A DNA stretch of 64,000 nucleotides from Bacteroidales bacterium (GCA_017454945.1 JAFTCA010000052.1:6476-70475), one strand, 5' to 3'. Shown: positions 19,125-29,079, counted from the first letter of the stretch. The notes: a model not told the origin generated them from the sequence alone. Program-made: numbers and translations.

Positions 19125-20114
19125 TTATTCTTTGTGTTTTAAGGTTATCACAGTAATTTCTTGTGGTGCGCCGATGCGGAACGGCACCGTACAGCCGAGG
19201 CCAGTATTGACGTACAGCGACTGGTCGCCTTGCGTGTAGAGGCCGTCACTTTCGGGGTAGATCCAGCGGGCGGGCGTCCAGCCAAAGATGCGAAATTGGG
19301 CGGCGTGCGTGTGTCCCGAGAGCGTCAGCGGGATATCCTTACCCAGCACCTCTCCACGCCAATGTGTCGGGTCGTGGGTCAGCAGGATACGGAAGCCCGA
19401 AGTGCCAGCCATGGCTTCGTCCAAGCGGCCTCGTTTAATGGGACTGATACCATTGCCACTGCAGCTGTGATTCTCGCAGCCGATGACCGACAAGGTGTCG
19501 TTGCCGCGAACAATCTGCGCCGACTCGTTGAGCAGCAACTGCCAGCCCAGGCTGTCGCGCTCAAGGCCAATGAGCCTGTTGACCGACTGCTGCTTCTGGG
19601 CATCGGTGAAGTCGCGCACATAGGTTGCATAATCGTGGTTGCCCAAGACCGAGAATACGCCGTCTTTAGCCTTAAGCGACTGTAATACATTTACATACGG
19701 ATACAACTCATCGGCAGTGAAGGAAACCATATCACCCGTAAAGCAGACCATATCTGGTTGCAGTGTATTGATCTTATCCACAACACGTTGCAAATTTGCC
19801 GGATTCTGCTTGAACGAAGAGACATGGAGGTCGGAGATATGCACCAGACGATAGCCGTCGAACGAGGCGGGCACGTCATGATGTTCAAAAATCACCTCTT
19901 TGACCACTTGGCGATAGCGGCCCACAAAATAGCCGTAAGCGAGCAAGAGCAGACACAGCACCACGAGGGCAAGCGCCGAATAGCCGAACCAGCGGTAGGG
20001 CACGGCAACATGCGCTATTTTGCCAACCACCCACACAATCGCAAATACCAAATTCGGCACCAATGCCAGCACGAGGCAAAGGAAAACTGCAGATAGAATC
20101 AAGAACAGAACCAT
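19125..20114 (-). CDS. Membrane-anchored metallophosphoesterase
   Basis: 329 aa. N-terminal TM helices, then HISDLH, GDMV, GNHD and GHTH calcineurin-like motifs. Its stop is 1 nt from the dtd start. Confidence 0.85.
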   Translation of the reverse strand: MVLFLILSAVFLCLVLALVPNLVFAIVWVVGKIAHVAVPYRWFGYSALALVVLCLLLLAYGYFVGRYRQVVKEVIFEHHDVPASFDGYRLVHISDLHVSSFKQNPANLQRVVDKINTLQPDMVCFTGDMVSFTADELYPYVNVLQSLKAKDGVFSVLGNHDYATYVRDFTDAQKQQSVNRLIGLERDSLGWQLLLNESAQIVRGNDTLSVIGCENHSCSGNGISPIKRGRLDEAMAGTSGFRILLTHDPTHWRGEVLGKDIPLTLSGHTHAAQFRIFGWTPARWIYPESDGLYTQGDQSLYVNTGLGCTVPFRIGAPQEITVITLKHKE

Positions 20115-20133
20115 ACGGATATTTTTGAGGTTG

Positions 20134-20141
20134 CAAATATA
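20134..20141 (-). promoter_or_regulatory. -7 promoter box for the metallophosphoesterase-dtd operon
   Basis: CAAATATA = TATATTTG on minus strand, 19 nt upstream of ATG 20114. Confidence 0.5.
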
Positions 20142-20171
20142 AAAAAATGTGGGGATGTCATTAGCATCCCC
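20141..20171 (-). terminator. Rho-independent terminator of the beta-helix lipoprotein gene
   Basis: GGGGATG (20151-20157) pairs with CATCCCC (20165-20171). On the minus strand it is followed by ACATTTTTTT. Confidence 0.6.
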
Positions 20172-20190
20172 ACAAATATATGTTTTCCGC

Positions 20191-20214
20191 AGGTGCGTAG
20201 CGCGCTACGCACCT
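20191..20214. repeat. Perfect 24-bp palindrome just downstream of the lipoprotein gene stop
   Basis: AGGTGCGTAGCG|CGCTACGCACCT, read directly. Confidence 0.9.
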
Positions 20215-20229
20215 ACACTATTCAAACAA

Positions 20230-21738
20230 TTACGGAAGAACTTCAAGCACTTGACCGTCTTCGTATTCTACGCCTTTGTAGGTTCCGCCGCTCTCAACGA
20301 AAACATTGCCGGCAGCGCAACCCGTGAACGTGATAGCGCTATGAGCCAAGTTGTTCAGGTCTTCAATACCATCCAAGGCGATGCCATAGTGACGACAATT
20401 GCCGAAAGTGCAGTTGGTCATCGTCAAGCGGGCATTGTCCCAAATGGATAAACAAGCGCTATAGAAGCCGGGGTCATCCTCGCCGCAGTTGCTCACGGTG
20501 CAATAACGCATTACCGAAGCCTCTTTTGTGCTATGATAGCGAATGCCCTTCCAGTAACCAACTTCATTCTCCATACCACGGAAAACAATCGGGGCGTCAG
20601 CTGTACCACTGGCTATTAATGTAGCATCTACATCCACACTAAAGTCTTTTCCTGAGGCGAAAACGAACTCTGTGCCAGCTTCAATCGTAACTTTGTAAGG
20701 ATTACCCATATATAAACCTTCGTTGAGGAAGTAAGGTACGGGCATTTTAACCAATGTCACATGGTCGTTGATGTCAAGATCGCGATCATTCACATATACA
20801 TAATTCTTTCCATTGCTTGTGAAGGTGTTGTTACCATTCAAGCTGAACAGATTAGAAGCATCGTCCAGAGCCATGGGATACGAAGCGCAATTCTTGATAA
20901 CGTTATTCTCGAAAGCCAGGAATTTGCAGCCATAGTCCATATCCAGACCGCAACCGAGCGAACCGTCGATGGTGCAGTGCTTCATCGAAACCCAAGCGTC
21001 ATACAAATCAACCACAGCATCCCACATATAGTCGGAAGAACCTCCGCGCAAGAATTCCACATATTCCCAAACATTGTCATTACGTTTTGAGTCGATTTGA
21101 ACACGACCCCATGAACCATTGTTGGGATTGTTGGTGGGTCCTACAAACTGGATGGGTTTGTCGGCTGTGCCCACCATACGGAGGCCGGCATTTTCTTCCA
21201 CTGTCATACCACCGTTATTACCAGTAAACATGATAGTTACACCAGGTTCGATGGTCAACAGGGCATTGCCTTCGATATGGATCCAACCATCAACCACATA
21301 GTCAACAGGCAGACCGAGGTCTTTCCAAGTGGTATTGGCACTGATATTTTCGTCAATATGGGTAGGATCGCCACCAGGGCCAGGGCCTACGCCACCTACG
21401 GTAACGGTGACCACGTACGTGGCTTTCGTGCCGTCTTCAGCGGTTACAGTATAAGAAACGGCTTTCGAGAAGTTTTGAGCCACACCGCTACCAGGTTCAA
21501 CGATGGCATCATCAGAAACCACAATGCTGGGCACAAGGCTAGTCACGTCGGTACCTTCGGGAACATCCACGGTGATGGTTTTCAATGTTTCGTTAATAAC
21601 ACCCTGCGCATAAGGCGTGGTGATGACGAACGACTTGATTTGCTTTTCGCTGCTTAATTTATTAAAAAAGCAGGAAGAGAACACGAACATGCCTAAAAGG
21701 CACATCATGCTGATTGACAAAAATTTTTTCATAGACAT
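20230..21738 (-). CDS. Surface lipoprotein with an Ig-like N-domain and a parallel beta-helix (pectin-lyase-fold) domain
   Basis: 502 aa. Lipobox in MSMKKFLSISMMCLLGMFVFSSC. IKSFVIT...SYTVTAEDGTKATYVVTVTV is an Ig-like module common in Bacteroidales surface proteins. The rest is Gly/Asn/Cys-rich, with the periodicity typical of beta-helix repeats. Confidence 0.65.
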   Translation of the reverse strand: MSMKKFLSISMMCLLGMFVFSSCFFNKLSSEKQIKSFVITTPYAQGVINETLKTITVDVPEGTDVTSLVPSIVVSDDAIVEPGSGVAQNFSKAVSYTVTAEDGTKATYVVTVTVGGVGPGPGGDPTHIDENISANTTWKDLGLPVDYVVDGWIHIEGNALLTIEPGVTIMFTGNNGGMTVEENAGLRMVGTADKPIQFVGPTNNPNNGSWGRVQIDSKRNDNVWEYVEFLRGGSSDYMWDAVVDLYDAWVSMKHCTIDGSLGCGLDMDYGCKFLAFENNVIKNCASYPMALDDASNLFSLNGNNTFTSNGKNYVYVNDRDLDINDHVTLVKMPVPYFLNEGLYMGNPYKVTIEAGTEFVFASGKDFSVDVDATLIASGTADAPIVFRGMENEVGYWKGIRYHSTKEASVMRYCTVSNCGEDDPGFYSACLSIWDNARLTMTNCTFGNCRHYGIALDGIEDLNNLAHSAITFTGCAAGNVFVESGGTYKGVEYEDGQVLEVLP

Positions 21739-21779
21739 TATATTTAATGATTAAAGATGAACTCTCTCAATTGATACTG

Positions 21780-21787
21780 CAAATTTA
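21780..21787 (-). promoter_or_regulatory. -7 promoter box for the beta-helix lipoprotein gene
   Basis: CAAATTTA = TAAATTTG on minus strand, 41 nt upstream of ATG 21738. Confidence 0.5.
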
Positions 21788-21825
21788 TAAAAAATATACA
21801 ATATCAATATCTTAAAAAAAGAAAA

Positions 21826-22191
21826 TTATTTTCTAATGAAATGCGGCATCTCTTCAGGAAGCACCAATGAAAGCTCGATGTAGCCCTTAAATTCGCCATT
21901 TTCGAACCACGGCGACTGATAAATCAACTTCTTTTGTCCCTCTTTTTCAATCGTATAGGCATTCACATTGTGATTCTCGAGCATGGCGCGTATTTTCTTC
22001 TGGGCATGCTCAGGGTGGCAGTCGAGCATAGAGTGGCCAATCAGGTTACCACCGCCATGGCGAGCGAATGTGGCAGCCGATTTATCATTCATTTCCAATA
22101 AAATACCATTTTCATCGCAAATGGTTACAGCGAAAGGAGTCTCCTTAAAATAGTCGATTTTACTCATGGTTTCGTTTTTATAATTATTCAA
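21826..22191 (-). CDS. Stand-alone PAS-like domain protein
   Basis: 121 aa. FAVTICDENGILLEMNDKSAATF...GNLIGHSMLDCHPE...YTIEKEGQKKLIYQSPWFENGEFKGYIE resembles a single PAS fold. It begins 8 nt after the dnaG stop. The start could instead be Met9 (22167). Confidence 0.55.
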   Translation of the reverse strand: MNNYKNETMSKIDYFKETPFAVTICDENGILLEMNDKSAATFARHGGGNLIGHSMLDCHPEHAQKKIRAMLENHNVNAYTIEKEGQKKLIYQSPWFENGEFKGYIELSLVLPEEMPHFIRK

Positions 22192-22199
22192 AAAGGTGA

Positions 22200-24185
22200 T
22201 TATTTCAAAACCACCTGACCTAACATTTGGGCAATTTCGCTGCGGCGGGCTATCAGCTTCTGATACTTGGCCACAATCTGAGAAACAACCTCATCGGGAT
22301 GTTCTTCCTTCAACTCATCCTGAAGCATGTGAATATATTGGTCGAGGCGGTACAACTTGTATCTGTTGACACAGTTGGCCACTTCTTCCTGCAAACGGCG
22401 CTGGCTGTTGTTCACATCACGGATAACGATGTCGAGCGCTTTCCATCTCTCACTATACGTAGGTGCATCCTGCATTAGCAGGCGGACGAACATATTGCGC
22501 ACAGCCTCGTCGGGATGAGAAATGAAATGACGGATGATCTGCTCCTGACTCAGAGCCGTCTGCGCCAATTCCGCATATTCCTCATACACAGCCCTATTCA
22601 AAGGATTCTGCAAGGTAATCTCCTCCGTTTCAAATTCATCATACACATATTGGTCGATGCGCATCACCGTGCCCTGCGTGGCATTTTCATCGGCAGTGGA
22701 CTGCACATTGATTTCGTACATACCAAATTGCACCAAGAGCGCCAGCAACTTCTCTTCTGCCACCTGTAAAGTTTCATCATCGTCAACCTTAGGCTGGGGG
22801 CTGACACTCTGAGGTTCAACCACATTCACTGCCTCCACATTCTGAGCCTCTTCGGGTGTGGTCGGCTTGTTGAGTTTTTTCCAAACCTGCTTGCGCAACT
22901 GCACATTGAGCATCTCCTCGGACAACTCGAACAGCTCGGCGCACTTTTTGATATAAAAGGCCTGCACAATGGGATCTGGGAGCGCTGCAATATCCTGAAT
23001 GACAGACGATACCAGACTGGCACGTTTCATCGGGTCATTACCGGCATCCTCCGAGAGCACTTTGATTTTGAAAGTGATAAAATCGGTCGCATTGTCGTGC
23101 AGATAAGCTTGCAACTCCGAGTCGCGGCACTTCTTGGCAAACGAGTCGGGGTCCTCGCCATCGGGCAGGAGCACCACCTTGACATTGAGGCCCTTGGTGA
23201 GCAGATTGCCAATATCTTTCAACGAAGCGTTGATACCCGCCTTGTCGCCATCGTTTACCAGCGTTATATTCTTGGTATAAAGTGAGATAAGCTTTATCTG
23301 TTCATCCGGAAGTGCGGTACCCGAGGCGGCCACCACATTTTCCACACCCGCCTCGTGCATAGAGAGCACATCGGTATAGCCCTCCACCAGAAAGACATTG
23401 TCTTCCTTTTTGATGGCGTTTTTGGCGAAATAGAAGCCGTACAGGTTCTCGCGCTTGTGGTAAATGAGATTGTCGGGGGTGTTTACATACTTCATTCCCT
23501 TGGCGTCCTTTTGCAGCACGCGGCCACCGAAGCCCACTATCTTGCCCGACTTGTTATGGATGGGGAAAATCACACGGTCGTGGTAAAAATCGTAAAGTTT
23601 GCCCGACTTCTCCGACTGGCGGGCCAATCCTGCCTGCTGGAGTGCTTCACCGCTATAGCCCTGCTTCATCGCTTCGGTGGTAAACTTGTCCCACCCCGAC
23701 GGATTATAACCCAATCGGAACTTGCGGATGGTCGTATCCTTGAAGCCCCTCTCTTTGAAATATGAGAGTCCTATATCTTGCCCCTCTTCCGTGTCAAACA
23801 GCTGATTTACAAAATAATTGGCGGCATATTCATTCAAGGCGAAGAGGGCGTCGCGCTCGCGCTGTTCCGCGCTCTCTTCGGGGGTCTGCTTTTCATCCTC
23901 CACAATGGGAATGCCATATTTGGCGGCAATATGGCGCAGCGCTTCGGGATACGACATTTTCTCGTGCTCCATCAGAAAGCGCACCGAGTCGCCACCGGCA
24001 TCACACACAAAACACTTGTAGATACCCAGACGCGGGCTCACATACATGGACGGTGTCCTGTCGTTATGAAAAGGACACAGCCCCACCCAATTCTGCCCAC
24101 GACGCTTCAGCTGGACAAATTCGCCGACTACCTCTTCGATTTTGGCCACTGATAATATCTCGTCTATGGTCTGTTTGGATATCAT
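22200..24185 (-). CDS. dnaG: DNA primase
   Basis: 661 aa. CHC2 zinc finger (CPFHNDRTPSMYVSP...YKCFVCDAGGD) and TOPRIM (LVEGYTDVLS...DGDKAG). Confidence 0.93.
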   Translation of the reverse strand: MISKQTIDEILSVAKIEEVVGEFVQLKRRGQNWVGLCPFHNDRTPSMYVSPRLGIYKCFVCDAGGDSVRFLMEHEKMSYPEALRHIAAKYGIPIVEDEKQTPEESAEQRERDALFALNEYAANYFVNQLFDTEEGQDIGLSYFKERGFKDTTIRKFRLGYNPSGWDKFTTEAMKQGYSGEALQQAGLARQSEKSGKLYDFYHDRVIFPIHNKSGKIVGFGGRVLQKDAKGMKYVNTPDNLIYHKRENLYGFYFAKNAIKKEDNVFLVEGYTDVLSMHEAGVENVVAASGTALPDEQIKLISLYTKNITLVNDGDKAGINASLKDIGNLLTKGLNVKVVLLPDGEDPDSFAKKCRDSELQAYLHDNATDFITFKIKVLSEDAGNDPMKRASLVSSVIQDIAALPDPIVQAFYIKKCAELFELSEEMLNVQLRKQVWKKLNKPTTPEEAQNVEAVNVVEPQSVSPQPKVDDDETLQVAEEKLLALLVQFGMYEINVQSTADENATQGTVMRIDQYVYDEFETEEITLQNPLNRAVYEEYAELAQTALSQEQIIRHFISHPDEAVRNMFVRLLMQDAPTYSERWKALDIVIRDVNNSQRRLQEEVANCVNRYKLYRLDQYIHMLQDELKEEHPDEVVSQIVAKYQKLIARRSEIAQMLGQVVLK

Positions 24186-24235
24186 TACGTTGTGTGTTAT
24201 GTTTTTCGGATATATAGGATCGTATCATCAGAGAC

Positions 24236-24257
24236 GAGACGCACGACCGTGCGTCTC
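24236..24257. repeat. 22-bp near-perfect palindrome between the ctp stop and the dnaG start
   Basis: GAGACGCACG-ac-CGTGCGTCTC, read directly. The core CACGACCGTGCG resembles the 9960-9977 palindrome. Confidence 0.85.
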
Positions 24258-24264
24258 TATCACA

Positions 24265-26013
24265 TCAATCGACTTTGAACTTCTTGAAAACCTTGTCATC
24301 CTTGATGACATCGCAGGCGTGCTTGAATGCGTCGTCTTGCTGTAACAGGATGCGGGCGGCATCGCTCCAGCTGTAGAGATAGCGTGCCAATTCGTACTTG
24401 AGGTAATCCTTGATGAACTCGGGCGAATGCTCCACATTGCGCAGCCGCTGCGACTCGTTCATCGACTTCTTCAGATAATCGGCAAGCATGGTGTTCAGCG
24501 CCTCAGTGTCCTTCATATCCTCCATGCTTCTATACAACGAATCCAATTTCTTGCTTTCCTTTTTGGCGAAAAATTCCAGTCGCTTTGAGAAGTTGAAAGT
24601 CACGGTATCTTTCACCCCTTCCTTACGGGCGTAGGTCATCAGTGCAGCATACAGGGAGTCGGACACATCAAAATTGTCTTTAAACGCCTCCACATCAGGA
24701 TATTGCAACTTCATTGCATTTCGGTGACTTTCAAGATATTGCATAGCAAATTCACCAAAGATTCCCTTACGGAGCAACTCCGAATAGAGGGTTGAATACT
24801 TGGTCGTATCAATGGGGATAAAGATGTCGGGCATGATGCCGCCGCCGCCATAGACCACTTTGCCGCGCGGCGTAGTGAACTTCAGCGAGTCGGGGAACGA
24901 GATGCTGTCGGCGGTCAGGTATTCGCCGTGTTTGTAGCGGTTGTTCAGTTCCTGCGAGTAGCTGTCGTTATCGTCGTAGGGCTTTTGGATGCAGCGCCCC
25001 GTAGGCGTATAGTAGCGCGAGATGGTCAAGCGTATCATTGAGCGGTCGGGCAGATACATCGGCTTCTGTACCAACCCTTTGCCAAATGTACGGCGACCAA
25101 CAATCAGTCCGCGGTCCCAATCCTGAATGGCTCCCGACACAATTTCGCTGGCCGAAGCGGAGCCTTCATCCACGAGAACTACGAGGTTGCCTTTTTCAAA
25201 ATCACCTTTGTCGGTCGAGTAGAACTTCTGGCCATCATGGCGACGATTGTCGGTATAGACAATCACGCGGTCTTTCTTGATGAACTCGTCGGCAATCTTG
25301 AAAGCCACATCAAGGTAGCCGCCGCTGTTGCCGCGAAGGTCAAAGATCAGGTGTTTCATACCTTGCTTTTTCAGCGCCGCCAAAGCATCGGAAAATTCTT
25401 TCGGCGAGGTGGCTGCAAAGCGTTCCAGACGGATGTAGCCCGTATTCTTGTCCACCATAAAATAGACATTGATACTGTTCATCGGTATCTTGTCGCGGGT
25501 AATGGTAAATTCGAGCAAATTCTTACTCTGGCCACGCTTCACCCACACTTTCACTTTGGTGCCTTTCTTGCCGCGCAAATGTGTTTGCACCCATTTGTTG
25601 TTGATGCTCTTGCCGCAGGCGATGGAGGAGTCCACCTTCACAATCTTGTCGCCAGGTCTCAAGCCCACTTTCTCGGAGGGGCCGCCCACAATCACTTCCA
25701 GCACATTGATGGTGTCTTTAATCAGTTGGAAAGTCACACCAATGCCATCGAAAGCCCCTTGGAGAGGCTCGTTGGTTTGCTGCACGTCCTTCTTCGGAAT
25801 ATAGATTGAATGAGGGTCCAGTTCGGTCAGGATTTCCACCACACCCTTCTCCACCAGCTTCTCAAAATTGACCGTATCGACATACATGTCGTTCACGGCA
25901 CGAAGAAGGTAATTCATCTTATTGTTGTTCAGTTGGAATGTCGGATTTTGGGCTGTAGCACTTACGGCCATCAAGGATACCAACAGCACAAGGCCTGCTT
26001 TTAGTCTAGTCAT
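24265..26013 (-). CDS. S41 family C-terminal processing peptidase
   Basis: 582 aa. Signal peptide, PDZ segment (GGPSEKVGLRPGDKIVKVD), catalytic-Ser context DLRGNSGGYL and a later TFGKG motif. Confidence 0.9.
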   Translation of the reverse strand: MTRLKAGLVLLVSLMAVSATAQNPTFQLNNNKMNYLLRAVNDMYVDTVNFEKLVEKGVVEILTELDPHSIYIPKKDVQQTNEPLQGAFDGIGVTFQLIKDTINVLEVIVGGPSEKVGLRPGDKIVKVDSSIACGKSINNKWVQTHLRGKKGTKVKVWVKRGQSKNLLEFTITRDKIPMNSINVYFMVDKNTGYIRLERFAATSPKEFSDALAALKKQGMKHLIFDLRGNSGGYLDVAFKIADEFIKKDRVIVYTDNRRHDGQKFYSTDKGDFEKGNLVVLVDEGSASASEIVSGAIQDWDRGLIVGRRTFGKGLVQKPMYLPDRSMIRLTISRYYTPTGRCIQKPYDDNDSYSQELNNRYKHGEYLTADSISFPDSLKFTTPRGKVVYGGGGIMPDIFIPIDTTKYSTLYSELLRKGIFGEFAMQYLESHRNAMKLQYPDVEAFKDNFDVSDSLYAALMTYARKEGVKDTVTFNFSKRLEFFAKKESKKLDSLYRSMEDMKDTEALNTMLADYLKKSMNESQRLRNVEHSPEFIKDYLKYELARYLYSWSDAARILLQQDDAFKHACDVIKDDKVFKKFKVD

Positions 26014-26044
26014 AGCTATAGTTTTTTGTTTCTTTTAAGAGTTG

Positions 26045-26052
26045 CAAATTTA
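26045..26052 (-). promoter_or_regulatory. -7 promoter box for the S41 peptidase gene
   Basis: CAAATTTA = TAAATTTG on minus strand, 31 nt upstream of ATG 26013. Confidence 0.5.
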
Positions 26053-26093
26053 TATAAAAATCGGATAGCTTGAGATGTCTTCCGGCAAATTCA

Positions 26094-27716
26094 TCAGTAA
26101 CAACTGCCATCTTCCAAAATGCGTTTCCGCGATGCATCGAAATCCTTGTTTACCAAACTTCTACAATCATCGAAACAAGAAGCCCTCACAGCAGCCAAAT
26201 CCATAAGAGTGTGGAACAAGTCGTCGATCATGTATGGCGCATGAAGCCGCTGCTCCAGACACACATTCTCTGATTGAAGACTGGCCTGTTGTGATTCGGA
26301 AAACCAAAGAACAAAAGGAATCTCCACATTGGCATGGGGAATTTTGCCTGAATAATCGTGTCCACAATAATCGCCCTCATCGTACACATTCTCACCATGA
26401 TCGGAGAAATAGAGCGCCGAAATGCGCACTTTGGGGTGTTGCTGACTATATACGGCAAGCGTAGAAAAAACGCTATCAACAACAAAGTCGCTGTAATAGA
26501 TTGCGTTATCGTAAGCATCCACCACTTTTCCCCGCTTGTCTTTGGCACCTTTGAAATGAGCAAATCCACGTGGATAACGCCTGTTATACTGGGTATGGCA
26601 TCCCATCAGATGCAAAAAAACAACTTTGTGTTTCTCGTTTTCCGACAGGGCTTTTCCCAGCGGTTCAAACAGTTTTTGGTCGAAAGAGGCCATCTGCGTA
26701 CTTTCCATGGATGAGCTGGACATTACGTTCACAAACGACACTACATCCGCATTGCTTGCCAGATTGCTGACGCCATTGTCCCATAACCCTATGGGCGACT
26801 GATTGGAAAACCAGTAGGACTTATATGGTGTCGTGTGAAGCACATCGAAAATGTGTATGCAGCTATCCATAGGTCGTTGGTGGTCCATATTGTTTTCGGT
26901 TAGAAAGAGCATCACGGAAGCCAATGTGTTGGAGTTGGCACTAATTACATTGTCAAAGACCCAAATGTCGTTGCGTGACGCCAATCTCGGGGTTGTCGGC
27001 CTATGATATCCGTATATGCTCATGTGATTTCGATTGCATGATTCTCCTATCACCACCACCACAAGAGTCGAATCGGAGGTGGTCATTTGCGCATTAACAT
27101 CATATAAATCTCTTTTTTTCAGATTCTTATATGCTTTTGATTCAACATAGAAAGAGACAAGCGCCCGCTCCACATCAGGAACACAAAGCCTCAGAAACCG
27201 TCCGCTAATCATATTTTCCGCGAAAAACAGCGCAACAAAAAGCCAAAGGGCTGACCATACAATTATTTCGCTTTTCTTTCGGAAGGCAAGATCTGGTATA
27301 TGTTTCAGAGTCAGGATAAACAACAGCACATACGGCACAAGCAGCAGTAGAAGTGGAGTCATCTTGACAGTCATGAACTCGGTGGCCTCGCTATAATTGG
27401 TATTCATAAATACGAATATGGAAGAGGCATTCAGAGGACATTTCAATATGCACCAATGAAACAAGTTGACAAAGCCGTCGATAAACAGTAGCGTGGCAAC
27501 GGCAACATATAAAAATCGTTTCTGCAGCAAAACATAAGGCAGGAGCAGCACAGACACCCACAAAACCGGCAGCCATATCATTCTGAGCGAGAAGGCCTCA
27601 TAATTGATACAAAGGCCAACTAAGGGCACTGCCAGTGCCAAGGCAACAAGCCAGAAGATGCCCTTGAACGAAGACTTGGCATCGGTGTTTATTTTAGAGC
27701 TATCAGTATGTAACAT
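26094..27716 (-). CDS. Phosphoethanolamine transferase (sulfatase-fold, EptA/CptA-like)
   Basis: 540 aa. Multi-TM N-terminus, then VVVIGESCNRNHMSIYGYHRPTTPRL and a DHGE motif (YFSDHGENVYDEG) typical of PEtN transferases. Confidence 0.8.
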   Translation of the reverse strand: MLHTDSSKINTDAKSSFKGIFWLVALALAVPLVGLCINYEAFSLRMIWLPVLWVSVLLLPYVLLQKRFLYVAVATLLFIDGFVNLFHWCILKCPLNASSIFVFMNTNYSEATEFMTVKMTPLLLLLVPYVLLFILTLKHIPDLAFRKKSEIIVWSALWLFVALFFAENMISGRFLRLCVPDVERALVSFYVESKAYKNLKKRDLYDVNAQMTTSDSTLVVVVIGESCNRNHMSIYGYHRPTTPRLASRNDIWVFDNVISANSNTLASVMLFLTENNMDHQRPMDSCIHIFDVLHTTPYKSYWFSNQSPIGLWDNGVSNLASNADVVSFVNVMSSSSMESTQMASFDQKLFEPLGKALSENEKHKVVFLHLMGCHTQYNRRYPRGFAHFKGAKDKRGKVVDAYDNAIYYSDFVVDSVFSTLAVYSQQHPKVRISALYFSDHGENVYDEGDYCGHDYSGKIPHANVEIPFVLWFSESQQASLQSENVCLEQRLHAPYMIDDLFHTLMDLAAVRASCFDDCRSLVNKDFDASRKRILEDGSCY

Positions 27717-27754
27717 GATTTAGTTTGCCTTTAAATTCCACTATGAGCAACCCA

Positions 27755-29047
27755 TTACCCTCTCAACGTTCCTAACGGAATAACCTTCACACCGTCGGGG
27801 CGGGTGTAGGCCATATGACCACCCGTCAAGATGATGAGCAGGTCTGGCTCACGGAGGGGGGCTTGTGTTTCATCCTCGTTATGCTTGCGAATCAAGTGCT
27901 TGAGTTCCAACAGATGCTTGGCACCCTCTTCAACATCCCTACTTCCTAATTTACATTCAATTAATGCATAACGGCCATCTGCCAAATGCAGTACGAGATC
28001 AGCTTCCAATCCATAACGGTCACGGTAATAGGACAAATGTGTGTCGAAATCTGGGGTATAGGCCTTCAAATCACGGGCGCACATCTGCTCGAAAATGAAC
28101 CCAAAGGTTTTGAGTTGGGTGTGCAATGCCTCTGGCGTAAGTCCTAATGCGGCAACTGCGATGGAGGGATCAACAAATGCCCGCTTGTAACCACTGCGAA
28201 TAACCGTTTTGCTTCGGATAGCTGGGCGCCAAGCCCCTATATTATTGATTACAAACAATTTGGTAAGAGCAGAAACATAATCTTCAAAGGTGGGCATTGA
28301 CAATGACACCTCCTCCGACGTTACTATGTCGGCTAATAAGGAGGTGTGTTTGGCAAGAGTCGAAATGTTCCTTGCATAGCTGCGTAGAAGCAGACGGGCA
28401 ATCCGTTCGTCACGCCGCACACCATCAACCCGTGAAATGTCCTCTGTGCACACGGATTCCACATAATCGCGGGCTACCAGCAGCTTTGCCTTCTGTGAGC
28501 GGATGCTGATCGTAGCCGGCCATCCACCGCGACAGGCGGCAAAAATAAGGTCTTCCACCTCCATATCCGAAGTAATACCGTCAATATCCAATAAAGGGTC
28601 GTTAAAGAGTTGTTGTAGTGAAATCCTGCCATTGGATTCACCCGACTCCCACAAACTCATCGGGAGCATCCTCATGCGGGAGATACGTCCTGTGCCCGAA
28701 TGCAGAATCTTGCTCTTGTCCACTGCATTGGAGCCCGTCAAGATAAACTGTCCCGGCATATTACGCTGATCCACCATCGTACGGACGGCATCCCACAACA
28801 CCGGAGCATCCTGCCACTCGTCAATCAGTCGCGGTGTGTCACCATGCAATAACAACGAAGGTTTGGATGCCGCTGTAGTAAGGTACTCCTCACGCTTATC
28901 CGTATCTTGCAACCGAATTATGCTTTTGGCCATTTGCTCCGCCGTGGTGGTTTTTCCGCACCATTTCGGTCCCTCAATAAGCACCGCCCCAAAGGCTTCA
29001 AGCCGTTCAGCTAAAACTTTATCTGCTGTTCGATTTAAATAACTCAT
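27755..29047 (-). CDS. AAA+ ATPase with a DUF4143 (nuclease-fold-like) C-terminal domain, COG1373-type
   Basis: Walker A GPKWCGKTT and Walker B LIDEWQ. C-terminal D...E-C-K (ADLVLHLADGRYALIECKLG). The track ORF starts at 29074, inside the -7 box, so I prefer Met10 (MSYLNR, 29047). Met7 or Met8 are also possible. Confidence 0.8.
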   Translation of the reverse strand: MSYLNRTADKVLAERLEAFGAVLIEGPKWCGKTTTAEQMAKSIIRLQDTDKREEYLTTAASKPSLLLHGDTPRLIDEWQDAPVLWDAVRTMVDQRNMPGQFILTGSNAVDKSKILHSGTGRISRMRMLPMSLWESGESNGRISLQQLFNDPLLDIDGITSDMEVEDLIFAACRGGWPATISIRSQKAKLLVARDYVESVCTEDISRVDGVRRDERIARLLLRSYARNISTLAKHTSLLADIVTSEEVSLSMPTFEDYVSALTKLFVINNIGAWRPAIRSKTVIRSGYKRAFVDPSIAVAALGLTPEALHTQLKTFGFIFEQMCARDLKAYTPDFDTHLSYYRDRYGLEADLVLHLADGRYALIECKLGSRDVEEGAKHLLELKHLIRKHNEDETQAPLREPDLLIILTGGHMAYTRPDGVKVIPLGTLRG

Positions 29048-29071
29048 ACACATCATTATTTTTTCGTACTG

Positions 29072-29079
29072 CAAAAATA
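29072..29079 (-). promoter_or_regulatory. -7 promoter box for the AAA+ ATPase gene
   Basis: CAAAAATA = TATTTTTG on minus strand, 24 nt upstream of ATG 29047. Confidence 0.45.

Noticed and set aside
19774-19782. Perfect DnaA-box consensus TTATCCACA, with near matches at 31135 and 37224.
   Set aside because: It is a single intragenic copy. About 0.5 occurrences are expected by chance in 64 kb on both strands. There is no cluster, AT-rich unwinding region or dnaA/dnaN nearby.
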